Shown here one piece after another: positions 60,050 to 64,000 of a DNA stretch of 64,000 nucleotides. The notes beneath the pieces are model-generated. The model did not search any database and was not told the origin of the DNA. It saw only the letters and a list, made by a program, of their open reading frames with translations. Source of the stretch: Eledone cirrhosa. Taxonomy: Eukaryota. Location: assembly GCA_964016885.1 (NCBI GenBank), contig OZ024740.1, positions 125,426,001-125,490,000 on the forward strand, read 5' to 3'. A program made the translations under genes and the position numbers. Each line of letters begins with the position of its first letter. Position 1 is the first letter of the stretch.

Positions 60050-63000
60050 AAAGGCTGTATATCCAAGGATCCCAAAGAAGGTCCAGAAGGAAGCAAATAT
60101 TAACATTAGGGAACTGGAATGTTACAACCATCACAGGTAAGGGGCTGGAAACTATTGAAGGAGGGCAGATGTTAGCTGTTAGATATAGTCAGGATTTCCT
60201 CTGTGACTGATACTGTAAATTTTGATGGAGGATGGAAACTCCACTATTCAAGTGTGCTGCCAGAAAGTACTATGAATGATACAAGAAATATGTGGAGGAT
60301 GCAAGTTTATGTGCCAAACAGAGAGTCCAAATACAGATTATCCATCTTTGATGAAGTCACTGTAGCATTAGATGTAATTCAAACTGAGTCTTATATCCAA
60401 CTGTGATATTTCAATGCACTTATCATCTGACATAGAAAGGAAGGATTCGAAGGAATGGTCACCATGATCTAAAGGCAGTAAGCCTTATTAGACATCTGTT
60501 CTAGTAATGGGCTCTCTATTATGAACACATTTTTCCAGCCCAATGTTATCCATAAGTATAATAAGTAAGGCAATCAAGGATATGAAGACGGGTAAGGCAG
60601 CTGGGCCTTCGGAAATAGTTGCTGAGATGCTGAAGGCATCTGGCACGGTGGGACACACCATGGTCACCCGCATAGTTAACCAAGTCGTACAGAATGGGGT
60701 TGTTCCGAAGGACTGGCATAGCAGCATCATCGTTAACTGCTATAAGGGTAAAGGAGACGCCCTAGATAGGAGTAACTATAGAGGCATTAAATTAATCGAC
60801 CAGGTCATGAAGGTCACGGAAAAAGTAATAGCACAACTAATCAGAGAGAGAATTGACCTAGATGAAATGCAGTTCGGGTTTGTGTCAGGCAAAAGTACCA
60901 CAGACGCTGTTTTCATTGTACGACAACTACAGGAGAAGTACCTAGCTAAAGGTAAACCCCTCTACTTAGCTTTTGTCGACTTGGAGAAAGCCTTCGATAG
61001 AGTCCCCCGCTCCATTATCTGGTGGGCTCTTAGAAAACTAGGCGTTGACGAATGGCTTGTGAGAGCTATACAAGCCATGTATAAAGAAACAGTCAGCAAG
61101 GTTAGAATTAACAACGAATATAGTGAAGAGTTTAGCGTAAAAGTTGGCGTCCATCAGGGCTCTGTTCTCAGCCCCCTACTATTTATTATTGCCCTTCAGG
61201 CTATAATAGAGGAGTTCAAGACCGGCTGCCCATGGGAACTCCTATACGCAGACGACCTGACACTCATAGCGGAATCAATGGCCGAGCTAGAGAAGAAATT
61301 CCAAACATGGAAGCACGGCCTAGAATCAAAAGGCCTTAAAATTAACCTGGCTAAGACTAAAGTTCTAGTTTGTAGGAAAGAAAATAAGGCGGCGGTCCCT
61401 TCTGGGAAATGGTCGTGCTCGGTGTGTAGGAAAGGCGTAGGTAGAAACTCCATTTTATGTCCTAAATGCAAAGTATGGGTGCATAAAAGATGTAGTGGGA
61501 TCACAGGTAAGCTAACTAAGAACATAGATTTTACATGTGGCCGGTGCTCTGGTGCAATAAGTAGCAGCAAGTGCCCACAAATACTAGCTCTTTCAATTGC
61601 GCAGAGGGTTCTATAGAAATAGTGGACAGTTTCCGTTACCTGGGTGATAAAATCAGCAGTGGGGGAGGGTGCTCTGAAAGTACAGTAGCTAGAGTCAGAA
61701 CTGGTTGGAAAAAGTTCAGAGAGCTTATACCACTATTAGCTGCTAAAGGGTTCTCCCTAAAAATGAAAGGCAGGTTGTACGATGCCTGCATACGAACAGC
61801 AATGTTGCATGGCAATGAGACCTGGGCATTGTGTGCAGAGGATATATGCAGACTAGAGAGGAACGAAGCTTGCATGCTCCGCTGGATGTGTAACAGTAAT
61901 ATACGTGAACGGCAAAGCATAAACGAACTAAGGAAAAAATTAGAAATAAGAGGGATCAGATGTTGTTTACTCGAGAGAAGGCTACGTTGGTATGGACACG
62001 TGATGCGCATGAAAGTCGATAGCTGTATAACAAAGTGCAGGGCAATAAAGATAGACAGTAGCCACGGAATAGGCAGACCTAGAAAAACCTGGGACGATCT
62101 GATAAACTCCGACCTCACACACTTACACCTCTCCAAGACAATGTCACTGGACCGAGACCTTTGGCGGTACTCAGTAACAGAGAAGACCCGCCTTACCTAA
62201 ATACATAGTAAAACCTACTACAGCCAGTAGGCATCTCTAACAAAATACCCCCCCCCCCCCCCCCCCCCCCCCCACCCCATCCACACCACCCCATCCACAC
62301 CACCCCGTTCTATGTAAAGTTATGTTGGTGCCACACCATCCAGGCCGAAACAAATGAGATCGTGTAGGTGTCACGACAAAAAAACACACAGTCCACGCTG
62401 TAATGTGGCCGTGTAGGCAACACGGTAAAAACCTCCCAGACCCACACTGTAAATGTGGTTGGCGTTAGGAAGGGCATCCAACTGTAGAAAACCTGCCAGA
62501 CAGTCCTATGCGAGCAAGACAATCACTCTTGCCTCAAGTGGGACTACCCCCGTCCAAACCCATGCAAGCGTGGAACACGGACGTTAAACGTTGATGATGA
62601 TGATGATGATGATGCATATTATAAGGGAAATGGTGATAGAGATCAGTAATTGTTTGTTTGTCTTAATTATTGCTGATCTGTTTGAATCTGTGCTGGATGT
62701 TCATGTTAAGAGAGTGGGTAAGCTGTCAACTAATCACCATTTAGTTATCTGCAACTTCAGACTATCTAGACACAAACAAATCAACATGACCAGAAGGTCC
62801 AGCTTGTCCTACAGGATAAAGTGAGAAACTTTGGCTGATGAGGGATCAGGACTGGGTATGCAAGTATTAATGCTTCAGAGAACTTTCTGAACAAACTAAA
62901 GATGTTAAAATGAATTGGAGTCTGTTCAACTCAGTGTGGTATTTGATGACAGAGGGAGCCCCTAGTTTAACCAGTATTTTAAAAATGTCATCTCATCAAA

Positions 63001-63520
63001 GAAGAAAGCATACTCAGCTTGGTTTGAAAACAAGTTTTCCTTCTTGCAAATAAAGCATTCTCTCAGACTATCTGTCACTTCATAATAAAAAATCTTCCAT
63101 GCCTGCTATTAGGAACATATCTTGGAGTCTTCCTGAAGAGAGGGGATTCATCGTAAGATGTAGAGAGTACATAGCTGTGTTTAACAACTGATGTACACAA
63201 GGTGCATCTAGTGTTAAAAACTATCCTCTTGAAAGCTGAGGTTACCAGAAAAGATCTCTAGAAAGCCACTAAAGTAATGGCAGATCTCCCAATTTTCAAA
63301 GAGAGAGACAAGAGTGATTACTTCAATGACAGAGGTGTATCCTTGTTAAGCCTCCCCAGTAAAGTCTTTGCTAAGTGTCTGGGAAAGAGATGTAGGGATA
63401 TTGTTGAGTTCAAGCTAGCTAACAAACTGCAGGGTTTTCATACTAGATGTATCACAGCAGACTAAATATTCACTCTTCAGCAGGTCTTTGAGAAATCTTG
63501 GATGCATTACTCAACAAACT
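60050..63520 (+). mobile_element. Old RTE-clade LINE relic interrupted by the young RTE
   Basis: LGNWNVTTI endonuclease start near 60105, MNTFF near 60521, STNHHLV near 62725, RGVSLLSLPSKVF near 63330; same family as 5650-7105. Confidence 0.65.
60555..62615 (+). mobile_element. Young 5'-truncated RTE LINE with PHD finger (one frameshift near 61580)
   Basis: ORFs 60543-61616 and 61571-62200: NYRGIKL, QFGF, DLEKAFDRV, QGSVLSPLLF, YADD, PHD, FRYLG; 3'UTR and (GAT)n tail. Confidence 0.95.
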
Positions 63521-64000
63521 GAGTCGAAAATAGCAGTAGTTCTACATGAAGCTTGATGTTCATAAAGTGAAAAAAACATCAATGATTTGGTATTCTGTCT
63601 ATTTCTGATCAAAGAGAAATAATATGTAGAATAGAGCATGGCAATATATGTGGTCTTCATTGACTTCACAAAGTATTTGACACTGTAAGCGAGTCAGGCT
63701 GATCATGAACTATAGCTTTCCAATTGTTAATATTGCAGTTGAACTATGTGGCTGCACTGCCAAACAACTACCAGGCTTTGAAATAACTTAAAAGGTGTGC
63801 ATGTCTGGAAATGTTCACTTGTAGGATTCAGTCCCTACATAAAGGCATAATGTTACATAGATAAATACAGCTTTTCACAGCACAACAGATGCATGCACAT
63901 AGATAAGACCTGACTTGAACCTCCTTAGGTTATTGTACTTCAATGCTAAAAACAATCCTATATATATATATACTACTGAGAGAAATACTGTTTGCTTATG

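Overview
AT-rich eukaryotic (animal) genomic DNA, almost entirely intronic or intergenic and saturated with transposable elements. The SINE families, (TA)n/(TAA)n microsatellites and RTE content suggest an octopus-like cephalopod; this is an inference. No intact cellular gene is visible, only a few low-confidence candidate exons. Recognisable elements: two near full-length Tx1-type (L1 clade) LINEs, two R4/Dong-like REL-endonuclease LINEs, three young pieces of one RTE family with a PHD finger inside the RT, several old RTE relics, and a Penelope-like element (RT + GIY-YIG) with a hammerhead-bearing pLTR plus dispersed solo pLTRs. There is also a non-autonomous Helitron, pogo/Tigger and piggyBac-type MITEs, a Tc1/mariner relic and two SINE families. 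The most notable structure is: (i) a (TAA)n-centred system in which a SINE shares its 3' tail with the Tx1 LINE and SINE tails serve as targets for both Tx1 and R4/Dong elements; (ii) a set of type I hammerhead ribozyme motifs with covarying stems; (iii) an apparent Tx1/R4 template-switch chimera; (iv) several long inverted repeats that could form dsRNA.
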